Shown here in pieces: positions 63,959-64,000 of a stretch of 64,000 nucleotides of DNA; position 1 is the first letter of the stretch, and each line of letters starts with the position of its first letter. The notes beneath the pieces are model-generated. The model searched no databases. It saw nothing but the letters and a program-made list of their open reading frames with translations, and had not been told where the DNA came from. The DNA comes from Candidatus Marinacidobacterium sp. (GTDB lineage Bacteria > Acidobacteriota > Vicinamibacteria > Marinacidobacterales > Marinacidobacteraceae). The stretch is from NCBI GenBank assembly GCA_965204755.1, contig OZ242011.1, positions 1-64,000 of the forward strand. Reading direction: 5' to 3'. The position numbers and the translations under genes were made by a program.

Positions 63959-64000
63959 GGCTCCCGGAGGGCCTCGGCGCCCCGGCTCGCCGACCCTGCC

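Noticed and set aside
1-64000. tRNA or rRNA genes, or a tRNA integration site
   Set aside because: No recognisable tRNA or rRNA sequence seen by eye; the prophage end abuts a MITE, not a tRNA

Overview
Very GC-rich bacterial DNA; the gene content suggests an Acidobacteriota-like organism, but that is inference. It has three blocks. (1) 1-16537 is the right half of a transposable prophage. A Mu-like head module (protease/scaffold, gpT capsid, gp36, gpG, gp37) is joined to a P2-like contractile tail module (V, W, J, I, H, sheath, tube, E/E', tape measure, U, X, D). It ends at a Mu-type terminus (three 22-bp-spaced GTGCC repeats, then ...TACA at 16537), inserted into a copy of a small hairpin-rich MITE-like element. 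(2) 16547-34073 holds host genes: ornithine cyclodeaminase family, nnr, tsaE, a degenerate sulfatase, DinB-like, a TRAP-T transporter, an orphan efflux adaptor, etfBA, recX and alaS. (3) 34141-63958 is a large surface-glycan locus with GT2/GT4 enzymes, two deacetylases, a sulfotransferase, methyltransferases, two FemAB-like GNATs, an ABC exporter and several GT-C-like membrane proteins. The best candidates for new biology are: an unnamed ~100-aa Cys-containing domain repeated five times on GT-C-like proteins; a C27 tract gating a glycosyltransferase-methyltransferase fusion; tandem repeats abutting start codons in the glycan locus, including six GAATTC sites at an exact 11-bp period; a ~170-aa domain inserted in baseplate protein gpI; a MITE with a TGA target duplication; a G-to-C skew gradient along the prophage; and apparent AGCT/ACGT avoidance. 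All family calls are by motif recognition only; no database searches were run.
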